Shown: positions 10,755 to 20,401 of the stretch, piece after piece
How the letters are laid out: each line of letters opens with the position of its first letter
Position numbering within the stretch: the first letter of the stretch is position 1
From: Gammaproteobacteria bacterium
GTDB taxonomy: Bacteria; Pseudomonadota; Gammaproteobacteria; DRLM01
Direction: 5' to 3'
Assembly (NCBI GenBank): GCA_037381915.1
Contig: JARRQJ010000022.1
Span: forward strand, 973 to 64,972
DNA: 64,000 nt
Made by a program: the position numbers and the translations under genes
Notes under the pieces: generated by a model
What the model saw: the letters and a program-made list of their open reading frames with translations, nothing else
Database searches by the model: none
Told to the model about the DNA's origin: nothing

Positions 10755-11858
10755 ATGAAGATTACACTCAGCGTCATTAAAGCGGATATTGGTTCCATAG
10801 GTGGACATATTTGCCCTTCACGACAATTGCTTCATACCGTACGCACCTACATTTCGCAACACGGTTCCAAATTACTAATTGATAACTATATCAGTAACAC
10901 CGGCGACGACATCGCCATTCTCATGACTCACAACCACGGCCCTGGGCATGAAGGCGTTCACAAGCTGGCATGGGATGCCTTCCTTGCCGGAACCGAGGTG
11001 GCGAAAAGCCAGGGTTTATACGGTGCCGGACAAGACCTGTTGAAGGATGCCTTTTCCGGCAACGTGCGGGGCATGGGACCGGCGGTCGCTGAAATGGAAT
11101 TCGAGGAACGACCCAATGAACCGTTCTTGTTTTTCGCCGCCGACAAGACCGATCCCGGCGCCTTCAATCTACCGCTTTATCTTGCCTTTGCCGATCCGAT
11201 GAACACGCCCGGGCTGATGCTGGCCCCCTCCATGGACAAGGGCTTCCGTTTCGTGATTATGGACGTCAATTGTACCGATGGAGACCGGGTCATCGAATTA
11301 AACGCCCCTGAGGAACTGTATGCCATTGCCGCCTTGCTCCGCGATACGGAGCGCTTCGTCGTGGAATCGGTTTGGTCCCGCGGCAGCGGCGAGCAGACCG
11401 TGTCGGCCTCCACGTCGCGTTTGCACAATATCGCCGGCAAGTACACGGGGAAGGATGACCCGGTGATGTTGGTGCGGGTGCAAAAGGACTTTCCCGCCAC
11501 TGGCGAGATCCTGGCTCCCTATGCTGTCGGCCCCTATGTCGCGGGGGGCATGCGCGGTTCTCATCAGATGCCTTTGATGCCGGTTCCCCTCTATTCTGGC
11601 ATTAGTTACTTCGACGGCCCCCCGGTCATCACATGCGCCGCTTTCGCCATGCATGAAGGCCGGCTCACCGAAGCCGTGGATACCTTTGCGCACCCCTTCT
11701 GGGACCAGGTGCGAGATGGCGTGGCGGAAAAGGCCATCAGCATGCGCCGCCAGGGCTTTTTCGGCGCCGCCATGCTGCCCATGGCCGAATTGGAGTACAC
11801 CGGCATCATCCATAAACTGCAATCACTCGAAGCACGCTTCTACATGCGCAGCCAATGA
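10755..11858 (+). CDS. fbp: fructose-1,6-bisphosphate aldolase/phosphatase (class V FBPase, archaeal-type bifunctional)
   Basis: N-terminus MKITLSVIKADIGSIGGH and the block YISNTGDDIAILMTHNHGPGHEGVHKLAWDAF…GLYGAGQDLLKDAFSGNVRGMGPAVAEME match what I recall of the archaeal FBPA/P family (e.g. Sulfolobus ST0318). The ORF track start at 10731 adds 8 non-conserved residues. Confidence 0.85.
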   Translation: MKITLSVIKADIGSIGGHICPSRQLLHTVRTYISQHGSKLLIDNYISNTGDDIAILMTHNHGPGHEGVHKLAWDAFLAGTEVAKSQGLYGAGQDLLKDAFSGNVRGMGPAVAEMEFEERPNEPFLFFAADKTDPGAFNLPLYLAFADPMNTPGLMLAPSMDKGFRFVIMDVNCTDGDRVIELNAPEELYAIAALLRDTERFVVESVWSRGSGEQTVSASTSRLHNIAGKYTGKDDPVMLVRVQKDFPATGEILAPYAVGPYVAGGMRGSHQMPLMPVPLYSGISYFDGPPVITCAAFAMHEGRLTEAVDTFAHPFWDQVRDGVAEKAISMRRQGFFGAAMLPMAELEYTGIIHKLQSLEARFYMRSQ

Positions 11859-12044
11859 AATAGCGGGTGAAGAATCCGGCAAAGTCCATTCTATAACTAG
11901 GCTTTTGTAGAGCCGCATTGATGATGATGAGGCTTCTTGAGCAATTTCACGTCAGCGATTATAGTTGCCGAGTAATCTTGCGTTGTTCAATCCAAGCGAT
12001 GAAACCAGTCTACATAACCCCCAAGCCAAATAAGGAACATCGGG

Positions 12045-13187
12045 ATGCTAACGACTAAAATGAATTCAAGAAAATTTTGGGTGAGTGGTGCTGTAACTTT
12101 TTTGATATTGAATAGCCAGGCGCTATCCGCCAACACGGCCTCAACCTCTCCGGCAACAGCCTCCGCCGCCCATTTGGAATTCATCTATTCCGCCAATCAA
12201 GCCGCCGATAATGTTTCCGGCTACCGAATCGACATGAAAAATGGAAAACTCGTCAAGCTTTCCAGTTCACCATTCCACTCCGGCCGCTATCCCGTATCCA
12301 TCGCCATGGCTCCCAACCATCGCTTCGTTTACGCGGCCAACCAAGGTTCGGCGACCATCTCCGCCTATGCCATTAACCTTCATAACGGCAATCTCCGCCC
12401 GGTAAGCGGATCGCCTTTTAAGGTCGGGATCTACCCCGATGCGGTAACCATTTCGCCGGATGGCCACTTTGCCTACGTCACAAACGAAGACGACGATATC
12501 GTCACCCCCTACAGGCTTGACACCAAATCGGGATCGTTGGGAAAAGCTGGGCATTCCGCTAAGACCGGCGCCCATCCCATTTCCGTCACCGTATCCCCAA
12601 ACGGTAAATTCGGCTTCGTTTCCAATTACAACGATGATTCCATCAGCGCCTATCGTATCGATCAGCATGATGGCAGCCTCCAATCGCTGGGCAAGGCGGT
12701 CAAGGCCGACATGCATCCCATCTACATGATGGTCTCCAAAGACAACCGATTCTTATACGCGGCGAACTATGGAACAGCCACCGTCTCGGTTTACCGGATC
12801 GATGCCGCCAGCGGCAAATTGCATGAGATATCCGGTTCCCCCTTTGTAGCAGGATCCCAGCCGTACTCGGTGGCCATCGACCCGACCAATCGCTTCCTCT
12901 ACGTGGCCAACTGGGGCAGCCGCAATGTTTCCGCCTTCAAGCGCAACCTTAAAACCGGCGCGCTTACGGAGGTAACAGGATCGCCCTATCCGACCGGCTG
13001 GTTCCCGTATGCGGTCGTCGTCGACCCTGATGACGACTATGTCTATATCGCCGACAACGGCGCCGGCACCATTACGGCCTATCATCTCAACCGCAAAAGC
13101 GGCGCTTTGAGCAAAATCCCCGGCTCTCCGTTCAAGTCGGAGCTCGGACCATATGGACTTGTGGTCGGCGCGGTGAGTTCGCCTTAG
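12045..13187 (+). CDS. secreted lactonase-like 7-bladed beta-propeller protein (6-phosphogluconolactonase / 3-carboxymuconate-cyclase-like fold)
   Basis: Signal peptide (…LILNSQALSA). Repeated blades of the form (F/L)YVAN…(S/T)(V/I)S(A/V)Y(R/A)ID…G.L typical of the lactonase beta-propeller family. AAGGA SD upstream. Confidence 0.8.
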   Translation: MLTTKMNSRKFWVSGAVTFLILNSQALSANTASTSPATASAAHLEFIYSANQAADNVSGYRIDMKNGKLVKLSSSPFHSGRYPVSIAMAPNHRFVYAANQGSATISAYAINLHNGNLRPVSGSPFKVGIYPDAVTISPDGHFAYVTNEDDDIVTPYRLDTKSGSLGKAGHSAKTGAHPISVTVSPNGKFGFVSNYNDDSISAYRIDQHDGSLQSLGKAVKADMHPIYMMVSKDNRFLYAANYGTATVSVYRIDAASGKLHEISGSPFVAGSQPYSVAIDPTNRFLYVANWGSRNVSAFKRNLKTGALTEVTGSPYPTGWFPYAVVVDPDDDYVYIADNGAGTITAYHLNRKSGALSKIPGSPFKSELGPYGLVVGAVSSP

Positions 13188-13191
13188 CGGC

Positions 13192-13935
13192 TCAGTCGTA
13201 CCCGGCGATTTTCAGTATGTCCTGCAGGCGGTTTGCGTCTCGAACCGCGTACGCCGCCTCGTCATTATCGAAGTAGCAATAGACTTCACGTCCTTGCTCG
13301 CGCCATTGTTCGATCGCTGCCGCCCAGTGTTTCAGGGTGCGGTCGTCGTACCGTCCCTGGTAAGGACCCAGTGGCCCATGGAGGCGTATATAAACAAAAT
13401 CCGTGGTCACCTGCAGAGGCGATAGCTTCCTGTCCAGATCAAAGATGCAAAAGGCCACCGAGTTCTCCACCAGCAGTTCATAAATTTGCGGCGAAAACCA
13501 ACTGGGGTCCCGAAACTCGACGGCATAGCGATGCTCACGCGGCAACATCTTGAGGAAGGCCGCCAAACGTTCCACATTGATATGCCATCGCGGCGGCAAC
13601 TGAAATAAAATGGGCCCGAGCTTGTCATGCAGGATTTGTACGCGGCTCATGAGCGTCTTCAGCGTTTTTCGCGGATCCCGCAGCTTCTTCATGTGCGTGA
13701 TATAACGGCTCGCCTTCACGCTGAAGATGAAGTCGTCCGTCACACTCTCGTACCAGTGGCGCAGCGATGCGGCGCTCGGCAGACTGTAAAAGGAACTGTT
13801 AATCTCGACCGTGCGGAAATGTTCCTGGTAATAAGCCAGCCGCTGCTTCACCGCGAGCCCCGGTGGGTAGAAACGCCCCTGCCAATGATCGTATGACCAT
13901 CCCGAGGTACCCACATGAATCCGGCGAGCTTTCAT
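13192..13935 (-). CDS. DUF72 family protein (YecE-like)
   Basis: GTSGWSYDHWQGRFYP, INSSFYSLP and FQLPP, all characteristic DUF72 motifs. Confidence 0.85.
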   Translation of the reverse strand: MKARRIHVGTSGWSYDHWQGRFYPPGLAVKQRLAYYQEHFRTVEINSSFYSLPSAASLRHWYESVTDDFIFSVKASRYITHMKKLRDPRKTLKTLMSRVQILHDKLGPILFQLPPRWHINVERLAAFLKMLPREHRYAVEFRDPSWFSPQIYELLVENSVAFCIFDLDRKLSPLQVTTDFVYIRLHGPLGPYQGRYDDRTLKHWAAAIEQWREQGREVYCYFDNDEAAYAVRDANRLQDILKIAGYD

Positions 13936-13959
13936 CGCATACTCATTACGGTAGTGGCG

Positions 13960-14214
13960 TCATTCGCCGCCAACGTGTTGCATGTCTACGAATTTGTTGT
14001 TCTGGTCAAATTCCATCTCAAACTCAACTATCCCCCGCACACCGTCGCCTGTCACGGAGCGGCGCAAGACGCCGTCCGGAAATTGAATGTGGCGATCGTC
14101 CGGCGACTTGACCGCCACAACCTGCGCGGCCCTTTCGTAATAGGGCAAGAGCGCCTCCTGAGAGATATTCAGCGCGAATATGAGCCTCCTCGCTCTACCA
14201 TTCACATTGGCCAC
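13960..14214 (-). CDS. hypothetical small protein (84 aa); GTG start with a GGAGGAG SD 6 nt upstream
   Basis: MANVNGRARRLIFALNISQEALLPYYERAAQVVAVKSPDDRHIQFPDGVLRRSVTGDGVRGIVEFEMEFDQNNKFVDMQHVGGE. This is the non-overlapping 3' portion of ORF-track 13960..14739; the remainder overlaps the plus-strand thioredoxin-like gene and is taken as antisense artefact. No family recognised. Confidence 0.35.
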   Translation of the reverse strand: MANVNGRARRLIFALNISQEALLPYYERAAQVVAVKSPDDRHIQFPDGVLRRSVTGDGVRGIVEFEMEFDQNNKFVDMQHVGGE

Positions 14215-14250
14215 CCACTTCTCCTCCCGCGTGCGTAGACCCTCCTTATA

Positions 14251-14264
14251 CCCCCCCTTTTTTT
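14251..14264. repeat. C7T7 homopolymer pair (ccccccc ttttttt) in the divergent intergenic region
   Basis: Seen directly in the sequence. Possible slipped-strand-mispairing tract. Confidence 0.5.
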
Positions 14265-14388
14265 CATTGAAAAGGCGAAAAAGCCCGGATACCCAAGGGC
14301 CGCCACGCGCTTGTGACGTGAGAGAGATGGGCATACACTGTGGGTTTCCCGCCTGTCTGGAAACCGAATTTTCAAGGAGAATGCAGTC

Positions 14389-14964
14389 ATGACCTTGACA
14401 CCTTCCACCATGTTGAAACTGGGTACTCCGGCCCCCGCTTTCCGGCTCCCCGATACAACGGGCCGCTTGCTGTCGCTGCAGGATTTCGAAGCGGCATCGG
14501 CCCTGCTGGTAGTATTCATGTGCAATCATTGTCCCTATGTAAAACACATTCGCCCCGCCCTGGCGGAATTCGCCCGGGACTATCAACCCAAGGGCCTGGC
14601 GGTCGTGGGCATCAACGCAAACGATGCGCAAAAATACGCCGATGACAGTCCGGAGAAGATGGTGGACGAAGTCGCCAGCGCCGGCTATACGTTCCCCTAT
14701 CTCTACGACGAGACGCAGGAAACCGCCAAGGCCTATCACGCAGCCTGCACGCCGGACTTCTTTCTCTTCGACAAGGACCGCAAACTAGTCTATCGCGGAC
14801 AATTTGATGACAGCCGCCCGGGTAACAATATCGCCCTTACGGGGAGAGACCTCCGTGCGGCGGCCGACGCCGTATTGGCGGGCAAGGATGTAACGGCGGA
14901 TCAGCAACCGAGCATCGGTTGCAATATCAAATGGAAGCCGGGAAACGAGCCGACATACGCATGA
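14389..14964 (+). CDS. thioredoxin-fold thiol-disulfide oxidoreductase (AhpC/TSA-redoxin-like)
   Basis: PAPAFRLPDTTGRLLSL…LLVVFMCNHCPYVKH…GLAVVGINAND…TPDFFLFD is a redoxin pattern with a CxxC active site. No signal peptide. Confidence 0.8.
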   Translation: MTLTPSTMLKLGTPAPAFRLPDTTGRLLSLQDFEAASALLVVFMCNHCPYVKHIRPALAEFARDYQPKGLAVVGINANDAQKYADDSPEKMVDEVASAGYTFPYLYDETQETAKAYHAACTPDFFLFDKDRKLVYRGQFDDSRPGNNIALTGRDLRAAADAVLAGKDVTADQQPSIGCNIKWKPGNEPTYA

Positions 14965-14991
14965 AATGCGGGACGGAAGCCGTCCCCGCGT

Positions 14992-15822
14992 TTACATGCT
15001 GGCGAGATGCATCGCTTCGCCGTCGGGGAATTTGTTGTTGTAACGCGGCACCAGCACGGCGAGATAACGCTCGACCTTTTTCACATACTTGAAGTCCGCG
15101 GCATCCAGCACCCGCCGTGCCGCGCCCATCCCGATGTTGTAGGCCACCAAGGCCTGCTGGTCGTTATGTTTGTACCTGCGCAAAAATTTCAGATAGGCGG
15201 ACGCGATGCGAATGTTGAATTCATCGTCGGTCATCAATCGGGCAATCAACTGATCGTCAGTGTGGAACGTGCCTAGCTCCGGGTGGCGGCGCAATACGTC
15301 ACGGGCGGCCACCACCTTGACCTGCATCACGCCATAGGAACGCTTGCCGATCGGCGCCGACAAATGGCCGATGCGGCCCAGCAGACCGGCGATGGTTTCC
15401 TGTAACAACACCCCCTGCACCAATCTGGCTTGAGATGCACCGCCGTCCTGATAACCGATACTGTACGCCATCCCCAGCAGGTCGATCTGTTCCGGAGTCA
15501 GCCAGCTCTTCGCCAAGGGATTCCACACTCTCTCGCTGGGCTGCTTATCGGCCACCATCTGGAATTCGCTGCGGCTGGGCAGCCAGGAGGTATCATAATA
15601 ATCCGGTGCATTGTCCGCCGCCGGCCGGGCCTGCACAGCGGCTATACCGTCGCCATCAACGGCGCAGCTCAAGTTGATCTCGTCCCCGACCGCCTCTTGG
15701 GAATAGGATACGGACATCTGGGACACCATGCACGCCAGGGCAATGGGAGTGGTAAACAACAGCAACCGCGACAGGTATCCTGCCTTCGGTAATTGATAGA
15801 AGTTTGCTCTGAACGGCATCAC
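14992..15822 (-). CDS. lytic transglycosylase (SLT domain)
   Basis: GVMQVK…AYNIGMGAARR SLT catalytic region with an N-terminal signal sequence. Confidence 0.8.
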   Translation of the reverse strand: MMPFRANFYQLPKAGYLSRLLLFTTPIALACMVSQMSVSYSQEAVGDEINLSCAVDGDGIAAVQARPAADNAPDYYDTSWLPSRSEFQMVADKQPSERVWNPLAKSWLTPEQIDLLGMAYSIGYQDGGASQARLVQGVLLQETIAGLLGRIGHLSAPIGKRSYGVMQVKVVAARDVLRRHPELGTFHTDDQLIARLMTDDEFNIRIASAYLKFLRRYKHNDQQALVAYNIGMGAARRVLDAADFKYVKKVERYLAVLVPRYNNKFPDGEAMHLASM

Positions 15823-16240
15823 GGCCTAGCCTCCACTTTTTTTGATTCAAACTTTTCGGCCTTTTGGGCGGCAGTTGCCTTGTGTCAATCCTCAGCTAAA
15901 CTGCTGCCGGGTGTCGTGAGTCCAATCTCCGTAACGACGCTCGCTGCCTGCGTACCCGCTGAATCCGGTCTGGCAACCCTCGCGGGGGTGTTGCCTCGGG
16001 GTGACAAAATGTGCGTTCCGTCACAATTTTGACCCTTGGGCCGGAGTTTAGCAAAGCCCGTCACAGAAAGTATAGTTATAACAGGTTGTTTCTATATACA
16101 AATTAATTATAGTTTTCGTAACTTGTTCCCAGCACTATCTTTTTGAGAAGATAAATTCGAGCTTAACAGTGTGAATTTCTTCCTTGACCCGATATGGAAT
16201 GATGTGTTTGCCAGGATCTCACCGGTCTCCCCGATCACCC

Positions 16241-16882
16241 ATGACCAATAGTTTATTTAACATTTTCAATATCTTATTGGCCTGGCTGCTATATTTTGCC
16301 GTCCATTCGGCCTTAGCCTCCCGGAGCGTCAAAAATTGGGCAGTTGAACATTGGCCTCGCTTCGGGCCCTATTACCGTCTTGCGTATAACCTGGTCGCCG
16401 TCATACTGCTCGTCCCGCCGTTATGGTTGGTGCACAGCAGTCGAGCCGCGCCACTATGGGCCTGGCATGGCGCGTGGGGGTGGTTAATGAATGGCTTGGC
16501 GTTAGGCGCCCTCGCCGGCTTCTGGTGGTCGCTGCGCTATTACGACATGGGTGAGTTCCTGGGGATAAGCCAGGCGCGTAATTCCGATCACGGTCGGCGC
16601 TTTTCTCTCTCTCCCCTCCATCGTTTCGTCCGTCACCCCTGGTACTGCTTCGGGCTGGTCATTATCTGGACCCGGGACATGAACGCGGCCTGGCTGACGA
16701 GTTGCGTACTCATCACACTGTATTTCATCGTCGGCTCGCGTCTGGAGGAACGAAAACTGGTAGCGGAATTCGGGGATGCCTACCGCCGCTATCGGCAGCG
16801 GGTACCCGCCTTGTTCCCCCTCCCCGGCCGATATCTCAGCCGCGCCGAGGCGGAGAAGATTATCGCTGGACCAATCACGTAG
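16241..16882 (+). CDS. isoprenylcysteine carboxyl methyltransferase (ICMT) / phospholipid methyltransferase family membrane protein
   Basis: Multi-TM protein with C-terminal HPWY…ITLYFIVGSRLEERKLVAEFGDAYRRYRQRVPALFP, as in the ICMT/PEMT family. Start chosen at MTNSLFNIF; the ORF track allows 16184. Confidence 0.7.
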   Translation: MTNSLFNIFNILLAWLLYFAVHSALASRSVKNWAVEHWPRFGPYYRLAYNLVAVILLVPPLWLVHSSRAAPLWAWHGAWGWLMNGLALGALAGFWWSLRYYDMGEFLGISQARNSDHGRRFSLSPLHRFVRHPWYCFGLVIIWTRDMNAAWLTSCVLITLYFIVGSRLEERKLVAEFGDAYRRYRQRVPALFPLPGRYLSRAEAEKIIAGPIT

Positions 16883-17152
16883 CCGGCTAATGCAGCAAGT
16901 CAATGACCTAGTGCATTGGCACGGCATCAAGTGTCAAAACGGTCCGCCGAGCGCCGCCGCAATTTTGGGGGAAGCGCGTGGCTGTCTGAGCACAGCAAGT
17001 TTCCACGCGTACCCAAAACGGCTAGAACGCAGGGCCAAGCTGTCAGGGTGGCTTTTTCGCGACTTCCTTTTGGCCGCGCAAAAGAAAGTCCACCCGCAAG
17101 CGGCGCGAAATACCGCTCTAATCCGCCCTGTCCCCTGCGGGTGCACCCTAAC

Positions 17153-20100
17153 TCATCCCTCCCCGGGATGATGCCACCTCTTCCGCATCCACGCGTAATA
17201 CATGATGGGTATAACCATCAGGGTCAAGGCCGTGGATACCAGCACGCCGAATATCAACGAAATGGCCAGACCGCTGAAGATGGGGTCGTCGAGGATGAAG
17301 AAGGCGCCGAGCATGGCGGCTAGCGCGGTGAGAACGATGGGCTTGGCGCGTACCGCGCTGGAGCGGATCACCGCCTCGGCAAAGGGCGTGCCCTGCTGCA
17401 GTTCGTGGTTGATGAAATCCACCAGCAGGATCGAGTTGCGCACGATGATGCCCGCCAGGGCGATCATGCCGATCATGGAGGTGGCGGTGAATTTGGCGTC
17501 CATGAACAGGCTCAGCAGGGCGTGGCCGGGCATGACGCCGATGATGGTCAAGGGGATGGGCGCCATGATGATCAGCGGCACCAGATAGGAACGGAACTGC
17601 GCCACCACCAGCAGATAGATCAACACCAGCCCCACGGAGTAGGCGATGCCCATATCCCGGAAGGTCTCATAGGTGATCTGCCACTCCCCGTCCCACTTCA
17701 GACTGTAGCGATAAGGGTCGTCCGGCTGTTTCAGTAGATACTGTTTTATCGTCTCGCCGCTCTCGGCCGCGATCGGCATCTTGTTCAAGTGGGCGTAGAT
17801 ACTGAACATGCCGTATAAAGGACTGTCCAGTTTGCCGGCCATGTCGCCGGTGACGAATACCACTGGCAGCAGGTCCTTGTGATAGATGGCGTGTTCCCGA
17901 CGGCCGTGCACCACGGTAAGCAACTCCGATAAGGGCACCATGTTCCCCTTGGCAGCGTGTACCTTGATGTTCATTAAAAAGTCCAGATTGGCTTTGTCCG
18001 CCGTCGGCAACTCGATGCGGATCGGCACTGGGTATTTGACACGCGCGTCGTGCAGATAACTGACGTCCTCGCCGCCCACCGCCGCCGCCACCGCGTCGGA
18101 TATTGCCTTCTGACCGACACCCAGCAGCGCCGCCTTGTCACGGTCGACGTGCAGGATCAATTGCGCCTGGGGCGCTTCCACGCTGTCGTCCACGTCCACC
18201 ACATCCGGTGTGGACTCAAAGACGCTGCGCACCTTCTGCGCGACCCGGATCTGGCCGTCGTAATCGATGCCGTAGATCTCGGCGACCAGCGGCGCCTGCA
18301 CCGGCGGTCCCGGCGGCACTTCCACGATCTTCACATTGGCGTCGAAAGGTTTGGCGATTGCCTGCAGGGGAGCTCTCACCGCCAAAGCGATGTCATGGCT
18401 CTTGCGATGACGGTGATGCTTGTCCACCAGGTTCACCTGGATGTCGCCCACGTCGGCACCGCTGCGCAAATAATACTGGCGCACCAGGCCGTTGAAATTG
18501 ATAGGCGAGGCCGTGCCCGCATAGGTCTCGTAGTCGGTGACCTCCGGCACGGTAGCGAGATAGGCGCCCAGATCGTGCAACACCCGTTCGGTCTGTTCGA
18601 CGCTGGTTCCTTCCGGCATGTCCACCACGACTTGAAATTCGGACTTGTTGTCGAAAGGAAGCATCTTCAATACCACCGCCTTGAACCCTACCAGACTTAC
18701 GGAAAGCGCGATCAAGGCCAGGATCGCCGCGAACAGTCCCCAGCGCCGCGAACGTCCTTTGGCCTCATGGAGAAACGGCCCAATCAAGCGCTGAAAGAAA
18801 CGATATAGCGGCCCCGAATGGGCATCGCCGTGAGGCGTATGGTGCTTGGCGTGATGCAAGACCTTGTAAGTCAGCCATGGCGTCACGATGAAGGCGACCA
18901 GCAAGGAAATGATCATGCCCATGCTGGCATTGATGGGGATGGGACTCATATAGGGACCCATCAAGCCGGTTACAAAGGCCATGGGCAGCAGGGCGGCGAT
19001 CACCGTGAAAGTGGCGAGAATGGTTGGTCCGCCCACTTCGTCCACCGCCAGGGGAATGGCCTCGGCCAGGGTCTTGCCGCCCAATTGACGGTGACGGTGA
19101 ATGTTCTCCACCACGACGATGGCGTCATCCACCAGGATGCCGATAGAGAAGATCAGCGCGAACAGGGACACGCGATTGATGGTGAATCCCCACGCCCAGG
19201 ACGCGAACAAGGTGGTGGCCAAAGTCACCACCACTGCCGTGCCCACGATAAAGGCCTCGCGCCTGCCCAGGGTCAGCCACACCAGCAGCACCACCGATGC
19301 CGTGGCGAACACCAGCTTCATTATCAGCTTCATGGCCTTGTCATTGGCGGTGGCGCCGTAGTTGCGGGTCACCGTAACCTCCACCCCCTTGGGAATGAAG
19401 GTACCCTTCAATTGGTCGACGCGCTGAATGATGCGATCGGCGATCTCCACTGCATTGGTGCCGGGCTTTTTGGCAACGGCGATGGTGACCGCGGGAAATT
19501 CGCCTTTGGCCTCGATCCCCTTTTTCTGCGCCGCTGCGCCGGTGCCGAAGCGCACATATTTCTCGGGCTGATCGGGACCGCGGCTCACGGTCGCCACGTC
19601 GCGCAGATACACCGGCGCACCGTCGCGCATCCCCACCACCAGCGACGCCACGTCGTCAACACTGCTCAGCAATGTACCGGCGCGCACCAGAACCTCTTGA
19701 TTATTCGCCACGAGGGCACCGGCCTCGTGGGAGACATTGGCGGCGGACAAGGCGGCACGCAGATCGGCCAGGGAGATGTGATAGCCGGCCAGGCGCTGGG
19801 GATCGAGCATCACGCGCACTACCTGGTCGGTGCCGCCGATGGTATAGATGTTCCGCGTCCCTGCCACCCGCTTCAACTCCACCTCGATGGTGTGCGCCAC
19901 CTGCTGCAGATCAAAACCGGCGCGTGCGGGGTCCTTTGTCCACAGCGTCAAGGCAACGATGGGCACGTCATCGATGCCCTTGGGCTTGACGATAGGCTGG
20001 CCGACACCGAGATTGGCCGGCAGCCAGTCCTGATTGGAAAAGACCGCGTTATACAAGCGCACGATGGCATCGTTGCGTGGCTCGCCCACCTTGAATTGCA

Positions 20101-20401
20101 CGGTGAGCACCGCCATGCCCGGCCGCGACACTGAGTAGACGTGCTTGATGCCTTTGATCTCGGAGAATACCTGTTCGGCGGGTATGCTGATCAACTGTTC
20201 CACTTCCCGCGCCGACGCGCCGGGAAACGGCACAAATACATTGGCGAAGGTTACATCGATCTGCGGTTCTTCTTCCCGCGGTGTGATCAAGACGGCGAAC
20301 AGGCCGAGCAGCAAGCCCAGCAACGCCAGCAGCGGCGTGATCTGCGAATGCAGGAACTTCTTGGCGATCGTACCGGAAAGGCCTAAGCGCTCACTCGCCA
20401 T
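17153..20401 (-). CDS. efflux RND transporter permease subunit (AcrB/HAE1-like)
   Basis: 1082 aa with 12 TMs and two large periplasmic loops, typical RND architecture. Confidence 0.95.
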   Translation of the reverse strand: MASERLGLSGTIAKKFLHSQITPLLALLGLLLGLFAVLITPREEEPQIDVTFANVFVPFPGASAREVEQLISIPAEQVFSEIKGIKHVYSVSRPGMAVLTVQFKVGEPRNDAIVRLYNAVFSNQDWLPANLGVGQPIVKPKGIDDVPIVALTLWTKDPARAGFDLQQVAHTIEVELKRVAGTRNIYTIGGTDQVVRVMLDPQRLAGYHISLADLRAALSAANVSHEAGALVANNQEVLVRAGTLLSSVDDVASLVVGMRDGAPVYLRDVATVSRGPDQPEKYVRFGTGAAAQKKGIEAKGEFPAVTIAVAKKPGTNAVEIADRIIQRVDQLKGTFIPKGVEVTVTRNYGATANDKAMKLIMKLVFATASVVLLVWLTLGRREAFIVGTAVVVTLATTLFASWAWGFTINRVSLFALIFSIGILVDDAIVVVENIHRHRQLGGKTLAEAIPLAVDEVGGPTILATFTVIAALLPMAFVTGLMGPYMSPIPINASMGMIISLLVAFIVTPWLTYKVLHHAKHHTPHGDAHSGPLYRFFQRLIGPFLHEAKGRSRRWGLFAAILALIALSVSLVGFKAVVLKMLPFDNKSEFQVVVDMPEGTSVEQTERVLHDLGAYLATVPEVTDYETYAGTASPINFNGLVRQYYLRSGADVGDIQVNLVDKHHRHRKSHDIALAVRAPLQAIAKPFDANVKIVEVPPGPPVQAPLVAEIYGIDYDGQIRVAQKVRSVFESTPDVVDVDDSVEAPQAQLILHVDRDKAALLGVGQKAISDAVAAAVGGEDVSYLHDARVKYPVPIRIELPTADKANLDFLMNIKVHAAKGNMVPLSELLTVVHGRREHAIYHKDLLPVVFVTGDMAGKLDSPLYGMFSIYAHLNKMPIAAESGETIKQYLLKQPDDPYRYSLKWDGEWQITYETFRDMGIAYSVGLVLIYLLVVAQFRSYLVPLIIMAPIPLTIIGVMPGHALLSLFMDAKFTATSMIGMIALAGIIVRNSILLVDFINHELQQGTPFAEAVIRSSAVRAKPIVLTALAAMLGAFFILDDPIFSGLAISLIFGVLVSTALTLMVIPIMYYAWMRKRWHHPGEG

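Noticed and set aside
14215-14739. Upstream 175 codons of ORF 13960..14739 (minus strand)
   Set aside because: This part overlaps the well-supported redoxin gene on the opposite strand. Only the 3' 84 codons, which have their own SD and GTG, were retained as a low-confidence gene.
18050-20134. Long plus-strand ORFs (252 aa and 438 aa) opposite the RND permease gene
   Set aside because: Antisense artefacts. Arg/His/Gly-rich low-complexity translations. They overlap a gene with an unambiguous 12-TM RND signature.
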